Part shown: positions 25,040 through 37,679 of the stretch, piece by piece
Numbering within the stretch: the stretch's first letter is position 1
Layout of the letters: each line of letters opens with the position of its first letter
Assembly: GCF_009914755.1 (NCBI RefSeq)
Contig: NC_060937.1
Source of the DNA: the human T2T-CHM13v2.0 reference genome, Homo sapiens
Direction: 5' to 3' (one strand)
DNA: 64,000 nucleotides
Notes under the pieces: model-generated
Databases searched by the model: none
The model's input: only the letters and a program-made list of their open reading frames with translations
Told to the model about the DNA's origin: nothing
Position numbers and translations under genes: made by a program

Positions 25040-25574
25040 TTTAAAACAGTTGGGGGAAACTGTGTGTGTAAACACACACACATATATAGTTCTAGGTATA
25101 TAGAATACCATATATATAGGTATGTGTATATATACAGAATAGATAAAAAAGAAGCAAAGGCTAATTGAGCCTCGAAGAACAATTGTGAATCAAATAAAAG
25201 TGAGAAAATAAACTGAATTTGATTATATCCTCTACGGAAAATATTACTATATTAGTTATGCATAAATTTTTAAAGATTGAAATATACTTGGATCATTTGA
25301 CATTTTCATTTTATTGACTGTAGTGATGATTTAAGTCAAAATGTTTCAAATTGTAGACTTTAAACAATTTATATTGTATATAAATTATACCTCAATAAAG
25401 TTATTAAAATATACTCAATTAAGGAATTATGTTGTATATGGCTTTAGGTTATGTTCCAAGAAAGAAAATGGGAATGTATTTTATCTTTACCTTTTATTTT
25501 TTAATAAAAAAAGCCCTTTATGTAAAATCGAAAGATTTTAGTTAATAATAATAGTCAGAATGTTACTAATGATA

Positions 25575-25810
25575 AAGTCAACTAGCATTTATTAAATGAC
25601 CATTATGTGGCAAGTCTATAATTACATTACCTCTAATCTTCTTATCACGAATACAAGGAAGGTTATTATTACCTCCAACTGAGAGATGAGAAAAGAAACT
25701 CCGAGAAGACAAGTAGCTTGTTGAAACCACCTGGATAATTAGTTAGATCGGCTGTGCTTTCAACACAAGTCATCAAATCCCAAACGTGTCCCCTTTCCAA
25801 TCTGCTATTT
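25575..25810 (-). repeat. MIR SINE
   Basis: 'agcatttattaaatg...ttattattacctcc...agatgagaaaa...aagtagcttg' is the antisense MIR core. Confidence 0.7.
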
Positions 25811-25849
25811 TGTCCCCAGCATGGCTACTCTCCAGAGTATTTATTTTAA

Positions 25850-25985
25850 AATCTGAGTACTAGTTTCATCATCTGTAAATATGAATAATGTAAGGTATTC
25901 TGTATACTATGTAGGCTTATTGTGAAGATGAAATTATATATGTGGATGTATGTTGTAAACTTCAAAGTGCTATAAAATTCTAGTT
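25850..25985 (+). repeat. MIR SINE fragment
   Basis: 'agtttcatcatctgtaaa...ttattgtgaagatgaaat...aaagtgct'. Confidence 0.65.
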
Positions 25986-26148
25986 TTCATAATCAAAATT
26001 GTCATATTCAAGTCAATGATATTTATTTACTTTTAGAAATATACCATGAGTAATTTCACAGCTAATTCTAACTAAATGTCTTCTCCAGCTTTCTAGATGT
26101 CATCTAACCAGTTATATTCTCACTGATTCGGCAGTGTATTCAAAGAGA

Positions 26149-26444
26149 CAGAGAAGGATTGACATGATGTGTTGATGAAGTTTAAATTTCAGAGGCCCTG
26201 TTGCAGGGGCCCTCAGAGTTGGGGGTCCATGTTCTAGCTGGGAGGAGACATGAAGAGGCCCTTTCTCTGTAAGCATTTGTGGCAAAGAGATCTCGAAAGA
26301 AATGGAACCAGTTAATGGAATCATTTTGAAATAAATACTTACCTTTGCATCTAATTTTGTATTTATAACCTTTTCCTCTCTTTCTTAAAGAGGACCCTCC
26401 AAATTTTATGAACTTCCAAGTCCACTAATCATGAGTCTGCCCTG
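26149..26444 (+). mobile_element. Arthur1/MER69-type hAT-Tip100 non-autonomous element
   Basis: 5' 'cagagaaggatt...tgaagtttaaatttcagaggccct' and 3' 'ctaattttgtatt...tcttaaagaggaccctccaaatt...gagtctgccctg'. Confidence 0.7.
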
Positions 26445-26654
26445 ATACAAAGGAAGGCATGTAAAATACTCCTTAGGTTGTATTCTCTACTGTGCAGGTT
26501 TTCAATCTGTAGAAGAACTCCTGATCTTTAAAAAAAAAAAAATAAAGATTGGGGAAGAGGTAGTAAAAAGATATTAAGTGAACATTTTTAAGAATGCTGA
26601 TTTCATTACATATTTTCCAATACCAAAACATAAAATAAAAAAATCTGGATTTTT

Positions 26655-26828
26655 TATATATATTATGTATATAATATATATATTATATATAATATATATA
26701 TTTAATATATATGTAATATATATATACTATATATTATATATATATTAGTATTATTATTTATACATATATTGAAAACTGTAAGGTGATTTGCACCATAGGT
26801 GCAATATAAATATATATATATATATAAA
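26655..26828. repeat. Degenerate (TA)n tract with an embedded non-repeat patch
   Basis: Direct reading; see the finding at 26745. Confidence 0.9.
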
Positions 26829-28269
26829 ATGGGTGTATATTCAATTACAGATTTATTTTTTGCCCAAATTAACCTCTCTCATGGCTTTATCAAATACTTA
26901 TATTTAATCAGTTTCTTTGTAACAGTTATAAAGAAATAAAATATATTATTTCTGGTCACAGGTGCAGACTATCACAGGAATAGGAAGTAAATTGAGTCAT
27001 CAGTATTCACAACATTTTAACTCAGGTTTAGAATTAGTACTTGAGAGCGCTGTGAGAAGGTCCACCAGGAAGAAGAAGTTAACTAACATATGTCAACCTA
27101 ATATCTTGCTTTCAAAACTTGATGTTTTAAGATAAAATAGGATCATGTAAGACATGTTGTGCTATCTATTGTATTATGATTCTATGAATAATGAGTGTAT
27201 CTCACATATTAGAGTATTCCTAAGTATTCATGAAATTTTGTAGTATGTCAAGATACAAGTGTTGAGTAACTCAAGTATTTGACTCCTACTAACCAAAATA
27301 ATAAACATTTAGGCTTATAACCAAAATGAGTAATTATTTATTTTGAGAAATATTATTTATAGAAAAAGAATACACAAATTTTTCTCCTGGTACAATAAAT
27401 CTGTGAATTTCCATATGAAAGATTGTTTAGTGATCTTGGAATAAGCATAGAGTGAAATTATGACTTTCAAGGAAGAATTCATTATGACCACACTGAGAAT
27501 TTCCTTTAGTAATGATTTCATTTATTTATTTTACATGTATTTATTTTGATCACATGACTTAAAATATTCTGAGGAATACAAGTAAGAAGAAAAAATAAAA
27601 TAAAACAAAACATGGAACTGGAATTATAAAAAAGCTGTATCCCTCAAAGGAGACTTTAGTCATAATGGCAAGATTCCTTCATTCTCTAATGAAAATACTA
27701 GATAAAGACAGCAAATTCTTAATCTCTAGTGTTCATATAGATGTTACATTTACTTTGGGCGTTTCTTCAAGTATAATAATACCATTTGTTAGGCTACATT
27801 ATTCTGTAGTTTAGGTCATTCTGCGTAATCTGATTCCTGCCTGAATTCTAGAACTCCATATTTTGCAAATTTTTCACTCTCTCTCTAGGGCAAGGAAGTT
27901 TCATTTTCATTGCATTTACCCAAATTTGTAATTACCTTTGATTATTGTATTTATTTCTTTTTTGTATTTCCAATTAAATAATGAACTTCATTTTATTCAG
28001 CATCTAGTAGCTTGGCATCAATAGCCTTTCTATACATATTCAGTAAATAAATGAATAAAGAAAGCAAAAATAAATACATATTATATAATTTTTTATATTC
28101 TTTTACTATCAGTCTTAGCATATGGGAAGTAGTTTGTTTTTTAAAATAACTTCTTGATGAAAAGCAAGTTAGCATATACCATTTTATATGCTACTTGCCA
28201 GAAGTACTTTTATTTTTTAATTTTCTAATTTATAATGAGCACTTTACAATGTGTTGACTATCTACTCTT

Positions 28270-28590
28270 CTTTTCTTTTCTTTCTTTCTTTCTTTCTTTT
28301 TTTTTTTCTTTTGAAACAGATTCTTGCCCTGCCATATGGGCTGGAGTGCTGTAGCTCAGTCTTGGCTCACTGCAACCTCTGCCTTCTGGGTTAAACGATT
28401 CTCCAGCCTCAGCCTCCCAAGTAGCTGGTATTACAGGCGCATGCCACCAAGCCTGGCTAATTTTGTATTTTTAGTGGAGACGGAGTTTCGCCATGTTTGC
28501 CAGGCTGGTCTCGAACTCCTTACATCATGATCGGCCTGGCTTAGCCTCCCAAAGTGCTGGGATTACAGGCTTGAGCCACTGTACCCAGCC
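28270..28590 (-). mobile_element. AluS (Sg/Sc-like), full length
   Basis: Alu dimer with (CTTT)n tail. Degenerate TSD ctatctactcttc / ctatttacttttc. Confidence 0.95.
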
Positions 28591-28761
28591 AGCTATTTAC
28601 TTTTCTTTAGGCAGAAAAGTATCATAATAATGATATATATTCCTTACATATATGAAGAGTTTTGTATTGTCCGGAGGAGTTGAAATAAGATGAAATAATA
28701 CACACTTCAATTTAATCTTTACTGTTATTGAAATAATTCTCAATTCTAAGTCATTTTCTCT

Positions 28762-29225
28762 TAAATTTAATTTAATTTTAGATTCAGTAGGTACATGTAC
28801 AAGTTTGTTACATGGCTATATTGTATAATGGTGGAGTTTAAGCTTTTACTGTATCCATTACCCAAAGAGTGAACATAATACCCAACAGGTAATTTTTCAG
28901 CCCTCCACTCTTCCCAACCTTCACTCTTTGGAGCCCCCAGTGTCTATTGTCTCCATCTCTATGTTCATGTGTATCCATTGTTTAGCTTCCACTTGTAAGT
29001 GAGAGCATGCTGTGTTTGATTTTTGTTTCTGAGTTATTTCTCTTAGGATAATGGCCTTCGGCTTCATCCGTGTTGCTGTAAAGGACATGATTTCATTCTT
29101 TTTTATGCAGTCATGAACAAAAATGAAATCATGTGCTTTGCAACAATGTGGTTTATATACATCAAACTTGCTTTACTCAGTTATCCCTTGATGGACACTT
29201 AGGTTGATTCCATAACTTTGCTATC
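28762..29225 (-). mobile_element. L1PB4/L1PA16-type 3' end
   Basis: 'ttttagattcag..ggtacatgtacaagtttgttacatgg' and 'cattgtttagcttccacttgtaagtgagagcatg'. Confidence 0.85.
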
Positions 29226-29977
29226 ATTTTATTTGTATTTCCTTTTTTCCACCCTGCTTCCACATGAAATCTGAGTTAAATATGTTTTGTCATTTTCAGT
29301 TTAGTTTGCCAAGTAAAAGATAAATGTGTGCTTTTCCTTTAGGGTTAGAAAAAAACTAAAATATACAAAACAGAAAATAATAAAATCAAGATATTTTTAA
29401 TTTTTGTATGGCTGGTCTTCTCAAGAAAAATTGCCAAAAAAACTGTTGATCATTTTAGTATTATTATTTACACATATTTTGAAAACTGTAAGGTGATTTG
29501 GGCTTATTATTGCACTGTAGGTCTATTAAGCTTTCAAATTCTCCAGAGTAATGACTCAGATAATATTTAAAGTATAGGGGTCATGACTTTGAGAGCAGCC
29601 ACCCGTGAAGGATTACAAGTTTTAAAATTATTTGGACATATGGTAAAGAATGTTGGAGATTCCTTAGTATTTCCAAATATAGTTCTTCAGTCAATACTCA
29701 AAAAGTAATTAAATTAAATTAAATTAGCCATGCACTAAGCAGCTATAAATGTTGGAGAGGGTGAGTAAAAACAATAAATAATCATACATGATGGAGGTTT
29801 CAATAGTGGAATGTATTCAAATTGTGAGGAATCACTTAGATGAAGAGTACCATGAAGTTAGGGCAGAATTTGGTTATTTCTCCAATAATTTTTTAGACCA
29901 ACCTTTTATTATGTGTGATAGTATTTGGAAAAAGATAGTGATGGAGCCATATCCATGGTCCACTAGGCTTTGCTATA

Positions 29978-30721
29978 CAGATGGCCCTCCATATCTGTGA
30001 GATCCACATCCACAATTAAGCCAATTGCAGATCAAAAATATTAATAAAACAAAAAACAATACAGCAATAAAATAATAGAGACCCTAAAACATAGTATAGC
30101 AAGTATTTACACAGCATTTACATTACATTAGGTATTATAAGTAACCTAGAAAGGATTTAAAGTATAAGAGAATATATTACCCTGTTCTCACATTGCTATA
30201 AAGATACCTGAGACTGGGTAATTTACAAAGAAAAGAAGCTTAATTTGTTAATGGTTCTGTGGGCTGTACAGGGAGCATGGCGACATCTGCTTCTGGGGAG
30301 GCTTCAGGGAGCTTTTACTCATAGCAGAAGGCAAATTGGGAGAGGTTGTCTTACATGGCAGGAGCAGGACCGAGAGAGAAGTGGGAGGTGCTCACACTTC
30401 TAAAACAATGAGCTCTCATGACAACTCACTCACTCACTATCATGAGAACAGGGAGAACAGCACCCAGCGGATGGTGCTAAACATTCATGAGAACCTAGCC
30501 CATGATCCAGTCACCTCCCACCAGGCCCCACCTCCAACACGGAGGATTATAATTTAACATGAGATTTCGGCAGGGACATATATCCAAATGATATTAGGGA
30601 GGATTTGCTTGTGTTATATGCAAATTGTACATCATTTTGTATAAGGAACTTGCCCATACTCAGATTTTGGTATCTGTGATGGTTCTGGAATCAATCCCTC
30701 CCATATGCTATAAGACAACTG
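29978..30721 (+). mobile_element. MER2(B) TcMar-Tigger MITE with TA flanks, interrupted by MSTA
   Basis: ta|cagatggccctccatatctgtg ... gacaactg|ta. Internal 'tatttacacagcatttacatt..attaggtattataagtaa'. Confidence 0.85.
30173..30596 (-). mobile_element. MSTA MaLR solo LTR
   Basis: 'ttgctataaagatacctgagactgggtaattt...cacctcccaccaggccccacctccaacac...catgagattt'. Confidence 0.9.
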
Positions 30722-31125
30722 TACTCTATATAATCTAAGAGTTTGAGAAGTGTAAAAACTATATAACCTTTTATAAGGAGGTGGAGACTTTAGAGAAGCC
30801 CTTCCAGCATTCAGAGGCATTTTTGTCTTACTTGTGTTAATGCAAGTATGTTAATTACATGTCAAACATTAAAATTTCTATTAAAATTATAAAAATATAT
30901 GCCTAACTTATTTAAAAAGATATTTGATTTTATTTAACCCCACAAATTAAGTAATTAATAAATTTTACAAAAATAATATTTCAAGACTTAAGAATGAGAG
31001 CTAAATTCGAACATAACTTGATTTATGAAATAGAGAGCTGCCTTTTTGTTGTTAAACATCTGTGTGGATATGTAGGCTGTTCAAGAGATACCTCCTATTT
31101 ATGTCTAGATGAGATAGTCGCTCAA

Positions 31126-31615
31126 TGTGGTAGGTAGTCACCCCCACTAAATGTGTATGTCCTAGTCCCTGGAAACAGCAAACGTGATATCTTAAATGGA
31201 TGAGAAAATAAATTTTGTAAATGTGAGAAAGTTAAAGATCTTGAGATGAGGTGATTATCCTGGATTATCCAAGTGAGTCCAGTGTAATCACAAGGATCCT
31301 TGAAAGACGGAAGATGGAAGAGAAAAGTCGGAGAAGAAACTGTCATGATGAAGCAGAGTGTGGAAGCAGAGATATTAGATGATGTTGCACTGCTGGCTTT
31401 GAAGATGGAGAATGAGGTCATGAGCTAAGGAATATAGTTGGCCTCTACAAGGTAGAAAGGCCCAAGTAATGAGTTCTCCCCCCAGAGCCTCAGGGAGGAA
31501 GACATACTTAATGACTCATTTTAGTCTTCTCACTTCAGGAACTGTAAAATTTCAGTTTGTTTTAAGACATTAAGTTTCTGGTAATTTTTTAAAGCAACAA
31601 TAGGAAAGCAATATA
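31126..31615 (+). mobile_element. MLT1D MaLR LTR
   Basis: 'tgtggtagg', 'gattatcctggattatcc', 'ctgctggctttgaagatgga', end 'gcaacaataggaaagcaatata'. Confidence 0.85.
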
Positions 31616-31849
31616 CTGGATAATTTACCTGGGACAACATAAAATAAAACATTTAAAGAGTTTAGATTATACTGATGGACAAAGTGATATGTTTTACATA
31701 ACGGCATTACTGAATTTAAGGCAACATTTTCCTTTGCATCATTTATTTTAAATGTGTGAGATTTTGTTTGTTTAAATCAATGATAGGGATTAAAGCTTTT
31801 CCATGTTTTCCATTTAGCTGACTTATAAAATTTTGTCTTTCCTACTTTC

Positions 31850-32125
31850 CTTTTTCTTCCTGTCTGACACATCAATTCTGTCACTGGAACTGCAGCAGCC
31901 ACTTTGAGACATGATAAAAACGTGAGCATGGGTGAGTCATGCTAGAAATATCAAAAGAGGAAGACAGAGAGAGCATGGGATGCTAATGATACTTTTAGGT
32001 TACTGGATAGCCCCGGGCCACTTGTCTCTGAAGTTCAGTTACTGTAAAAAACATAAATAAAAATGTAAGTAAACTGCCTTATTAAATTCCTCTTTTCTTC
32101 CTTATCAGGCAAATTCACACCTATC
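31850..32125 (+). mobile_element. Old MLT1J/K/L LTR fragment
   Basis: 'ctggaactgcagcagccactttg'. Confidence 0.5.
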
Positions 32126-32469
32126 ATAGCAATTACAAAATCCATCATACATTGTTCTAGTTACTTTTTGATGCTAATTTTCATGCAAAATTATAAATTA
32201 TATGCTAAATTCCATGTTTGATTTTTTCTTAAGTTTAAAAAAAAAAATTACTGTCTCCTAGAGCCTAATTCCCTGTCTGGAGTAGAAACTCCACATTAGT
32301 GCTGTTATTTGAGTAAATCACTAAACTTCTCTACATTTAAATTTTCCTCAACAGGAATTATTGTGTAATAAAATATAGTTCATAGACTGTTAAAACTAAA
32401 GATATGTGTATGAACTTTGAAAGATGTAGAAAGTACCATAATAAAGAGACATTAAGGATAAAAGAAAGC

Positions 32470-32710
32470 AGATATATTGAGCAACTGCTACCAGTAAGGG
32501 CAAGATACTTTGGTCTCATCACCTAGTTCAAGTTTGTGTAACTTTCACAACTCTATATTACAGGTTATTTTATTATTGCTTACAAATGAAAAAAAAAATC
32601 AGGAAGAATAAATAGCTTCCCCAAGACCACACATCTAGTATGAAGCTAGAGTATAGGATTTGAACTTCACATTGAATCTAATGTTTATATACATTCTATG
32701 GTATCACATT
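32470..32710 (-). repeat. MIR SINE
   Basis: 'tattgagcaactgcta...ttacaaatgaaaaaa...cttccccaagaccacacatctagta...ggatttgaac'. Confidence 0.7.
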
Positions 32711-34829
32711 ACATACAACTGGTACACATTACTGCATAATCTTTAGTATATAATTCTCAATTTTAAATTAAATTAAATGAAAAATTAGTTAAAAGAAAAA
32801 ATGTTTGTATTTGCTTTTAGTAGTATTTACATTTCTTATTCATTTTGTGTTATAAAAATGTACCCTAAATATTTACATAAATTCCTGATCTTTAGATGAT
32901 GATTTTTAGCTAAAAGATGGTTTCAAGGCTCTCGTTAAGTAATTACTTATTCTCTAAGTAATTGTCTTGTATTTAGAAAGTCTATGGAAATCCAATGTGA
33001 TTTTAAAATACGACTATGATGAAGGGTTAATGTGAATCCAAAAATATCACCTTGATTACTCTCTGCCTGCAGACTCATTTGATATAGGCATAATTCAAAT
33101 GAGAAATTCATCTCCTTCATTTGTCATATCAGTGGCCACTTTGGCTAATCTTAGTGTGGGTGTAGCCCGCAACTGGCACCTCTAAAATTGCCCAGATGCT
33201 CCTATTAAAGTCAGTGAAAGTTATAATGTGTATGTCTACTCACCATTTTGACAGTTTGGAAACAGGAGATAATGCATCATAAATAACCTACCAGAAAATG
33301 TGTACTAAAGAAAAAGAATATAATAGAATTACAATTTATTCTATTTCTTTACTTATCAGCTTTCTGCATGTGGTTGATTTAAAACCTTGTAAAAGAGTCA
33401 GAATGTTATTTGTAATTTTTCTTAGTAGAAATGAAAGCCTTTTGAGCCCTGGCAGGTTAAAATATCAAATATGTTAAAACAGTTTTGCTATTTGACCGAT
33501 ATTTTTTTTAAATAAAATACAATGTGATAAAATATTCTGACTCAAGAAGGTGACCATTTTCAGGGAGATAAAAGCTGACATTGATAACAAAATGTTTATA
33601 TTAGTGGTTTGTAATGTAAGAGTCCCATGCATAATTTTGTTATTTCTCTAGTTATGGGGAAGTATATTACATTTCTATATTTGGCATATGTTCAAGGTGA
33701 AAAATATTATTTTTATTCTAATGTTTTGGGCCCAGTAAAAGGGAAAGAAAGCAAGTTTGTTGCTATAGTCAGTATGTAGATAACAGCAAATTTAGCAAAA
33801 TAAAGTTTTAACTACTCAGTTTGAGTGTATGCATGGCATTTTATTAAAATACTAGGATTATTTTTGTGTGTATGTGGAAGACACAAGGTTTGTAATAATT
33901 CTCATATTGATTGCAGTTGAATTTTTTAAAAAAATGTAAATTCACAAACCACATGCAATCGCCATAATTTCTCGCTTTTCCTATATATGTCTCGAAACTG
34001 CCCCAAACCAGAAACAATCTGGTTACCTTATATTCACTCAAATCTATTATTATCATTAATTATTATTTAGCTTCTTGTAAAATAGATGATAATAAAGATA
34101 ACAAAAGGCACACTGAAGAAGAAAACTATACCATCTTTTACCATAGGATCACCAATTATTAAGGAATTACATAAATTATTTGGTTGAAACATTCCCCGTA
34201 GCATAAATTTATTTTTAAAAATACAATTTTCAGGACAGATATCTACAGGGCCTTATGTAACTTATGTACATACATACATTCATTTAAAATCATCAGACTT
34301 GTGAGCACAGAAGATAAAATTTTTTTAACAGTGTTTTTAGAATAGAAACCAACTTATCTAAATTAAGGCTAGGATTAAAACAAACAATTTAAATATCTCA
34401 TTTTCAAAATGAGATCAGTGAAAAAACAAGAAACAAAGAAATGCTTATGGCCACACTTGCTATGTCACGAAACACATAAATAATAATGAAAGAAAAGGAC
34501 AGAAACATTGTACCATGTAATAGCAATATGCTGCCTTGGAGTACAGGTATTTCATGACAGAGCTTCTATAACCCCTACACCACTGAGAGGAGAGGTAGTT
34601 CCTTAACTCATATCCAAATGAGAATTTTCAATGTACATGGTCATCACAACAACACAAGATAAGAGACTTCCAAAAGAGCTTTAGAACTATGTCTTCAGGA
34701 GTTTTCTCGTACTCCATGGGTTTACATCAGCTGGTATTGCATGACAGACTAGATGTCCTGTAACAAGTGGACATTGTTGAAAATAATAGATGTTGAAAAT
34801 AGTAAAGTAGATGTTCAGTTAATATTTGT

Positions 34830-36470
34830 TGATAATGGACAATGTCAAAAACAAACAAACAAACCCAAGGTGGAAGGACTTGTTCTACCAATATGAAGAC
34901 CTTTTATAAAGCCATGCTATATACTACACTGCCATACTGAAGCAGGGAACAAAGTATTTAATGTAACAGGTCTTGCACACAGGAACAGATCCACATATAC
35001 TTGGATATATAACAGAGGTGGTACTCAGAAAAATGGAAAAAGGTTAAACATTTTAATAAATCATACTATGGGGGAATTACAAAATGAAAATGAGTCCCTG
35101 TTCCAGTCCATAAAAATAGATCACTTTCATGTAAATTGATTACCTTATAGTAATAGGCAAAACACAGAGTATTTAAAAGGTATCATAGTATATTATCTTT
35201 ATGAAACCATGGTGGAGAAAGAGTTCTTAAATACAAATTTTAAAGAAAAATATAGACAGAACATTAAAATTAAGAATTCAATTAACCACAAGGTACTAAA
35301 AAGAGAATAAAAATGTGATGTTGGGTTATAACCCACAGCATGGCAGTAAATGAACTACAGTCTGTGAGGAGATATTTTCAACACTCATATAACCAATTGT
35401 GCTAGTTCATTGTCACATTGCTATAAGGAAATACCCGAGACTGGGTAATTAATAAAGAAAAGAGGTTTAACTGACTCGCAGCTCTGCATGGCTGGGAAGG
35501 CCTCAGGAAACTTACAATCATGGCAGAAGGCACCTCTTCACAAAGCAGCAGGAGAGAGAATGAGTGCAAGCAGGGGAAATGGCAGATACTAATAAAACAA
35601 TCAGATTGTGAGAACTCACTCACTATCACAAGAACAGCATGGGGGAAGCTGCCCCCTAATCCAATTACCTTTACCTGGTCCCACCCTTGACATGTGGGGA
35701 TTTTGGGGATTACAACTGAAGGTGAGATTTGGGTGGGGACTCAGAGCCAAACCATATCACTAATAAATGACAGGCAAATATAGAAACAAGAATACATGAA
35801 TCAATTAAAAATAGACTACATAAATAGGCAAATGACTTGAAAAGTTACTACAAAAAGAGTAAATTGAAATTGCCAATGATCACATTAGAATAATATCATT
35901 ATATCCCAGGAATTTAAAAGAAAAATAACAATGTGACCATAGTAGATACATGATAGATTTTCAAAAATAAAAATATTTGACAATGCCAAATGAGTTTATA
36001 GACCAAGCACATCTCTTATCTTCTGTCATATATTGGCACAATTTCTTGGAATACAATGTAACATTATCTAGGTAAGCTAAAGAAATCCAAACCTATGGCA
36101 ACAATTCTGCTCTTAAGTAAACATCTTAAAGAAACTCAGGTATTTATGCAGTAAGGTATGTATTCATACCAACATTTCTATAATGCACCCAAACTCAGAA
36201 ATATATAATGTTTATACACATTAAAATTGATTTAAAAAAATGTAGTATCCTCATCTAATGGAATGCTATTTAGCAATGAAGAAGAACAAATTCTAGCTGC
36301 TATCAATAATTATGAAAATTCACAAATAATAAGAAAAAATGTGAGACAAAAAATAAACACACATTTTAAAGTTATTGTTTTTGGATGTGTCTATAGTTGG
36401 TAAAACTATCATTGAGAGCACAAAAATGATTATCATGAATGAAAGGAGAGTGGTTACTTCCAGAGAGAGA
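34830..36470 (+). mobile_element. Old L1ME ORF2 end/3'UTR, interrupted by THE1D
   Basis: 'ggaaggacttgttctaccaatatgaagaccttttataaagc' (LPD.K.YYKA region) and 'aatggaatgctatttagcaatgaa'. Confidence 0.7.
35398..35759 (-). mobile_element. THE1D MaLR solo LTR
   Basis: 'gctataaggaaatacccgagactgggtaatt...ggcctcaggaaacttacaatcatggcagaagg...gccaaaccatatca'. TSD ccaat/ctaat. Confidence 0.92.
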
Positions 36471-36474
36471 TGCA

Positions 36475-37316
36475 CCTTTATTCTACCCTCTACAATATAC
36501 TTCTCTTCAAGTAGTTTTTCCTCTTTCTATTCCTTACTTCACCTTTACTGCAACTTCTAAGTAAATCATCTCTAAACTTTTATCTGAATTACTGAAACAA
36601 CATTTTTACTCACTCCAGATTTGCCCACTATAATTCTGTCAATAGACAGTAAGTAGCTGGAGTGATCTTTTTAAAAGTGTAAATTCCATAGCTGGGTACA
36701 GTGATTTGGGCCTGTAATCTCTGCTATACAGGAGGCTGAGGCTGGAAGATAACTTAAACCTAGGAGTTTGAGACCAGCCTAGGCAACACAGACCCTTTCT
36801 CAAAACAAAACAAAACAAAACAAAACACTGTAAATTCTTACTATACCGTTCAAGCGTAAAAGTATTCAGTGATTTAAACTTATAAAATTTGTAATTATTA
36901 TCGTTTTTAAAAACTAAACATCATTATGCTTCTTCCTATATTTTTAATAACAAGCATATTTCTATTTTAAAAATTTTCATTAGCTGTGTCTATTAATGAA
37001 ATTCACTTTGCTTTGATCTTCAAATGGCAAACTGCTTCTTAACATTTACATCTGTAAATAAATATTTTCTTTTCCCTGAAAATCTAATCTTAGGTAATCA
37101 AAGTCAATCTATATTAAATTATCTTATTTTTATGTTTTTAGATAATTTTTGTCACTTCCTGATTTTTACTTTTGCATTTTGTATATTAGTTTATTGTCTT
37201 TTATAGCCCATATTAACTAAAAGGATAGCATGCTGTTTATCTTAGTTATTGTTTTTTGTGGATTACTAAAACAGTGGCAGTTAGAAAGTAGATGTTCAGT
37301 TAATATTCACTGATGA
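36475..37316 (+). mobile_element. L2 3' region
   Basis: 'agctggagtgatctttttaaaa' and the end 'agtagatgttcagttaatatt'. Confidence 0.55.
36690..36828 (+). mobile_element. FLAM (free left Alu monomer) with (CAAAA)n tail
   Basis: Monomeric Alu 'ggaggctgaggctggaagat...ggagtttgagaccagcct'. TSD tgtaaattc on both sides. Confidence 0.85.
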
Positions 37317-37679
37317 TTTGCATTTATCTAATGGCCAGTGATGATGAGCATTTTTTCATGTGTCTGTTGGCTGCATAAATGTCTTCCTTTGAGAAGTGTC
37401 TGTTCATATCCTTCACTCGCTTGTTGATGGGATTGTTTTTTTCTTGTAAATTTGTTTGAGTTCTTTGTAGATTCTGGATATTAGCCCTTTGTCAGATGAG
37501 TAGATTGCAAAAGTTTTCTCCCATTCTGTAGGTTGCATTAGGAGATATACCTAATGTAAATGATGAGTTAAGGGGTGCAGCACACCAACATGGCACATGT
37601 ATACATATGTAACAAACCTGCATGTTGTGCACATGTACCCTATAACTTAAAGCATAATAATTAAAAATATATTTAAAAA
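37317..37679 (+). mobile_element. Twin-primed short L1PA4/5-like insertion
   Basis: 37317-~37535 is antisense ORF2 end and ~37536-37679 is the sense 3' terminus. TSD attcactgatga at 37305-37316 and 37680-37691. Confidence 0.93.

Noticed and set aside
27190-27290. Small palindrome ttgagt-a-actcaa with repeated agtatt motifs
   Set aside because: Too short to distinguish from chance in AT-rich DNA without conservation data.
29788-30000. 70-aa ATG ORF
   Set aside because: No recognisable domain and it terminates inside MER2; a chance frame is likely.
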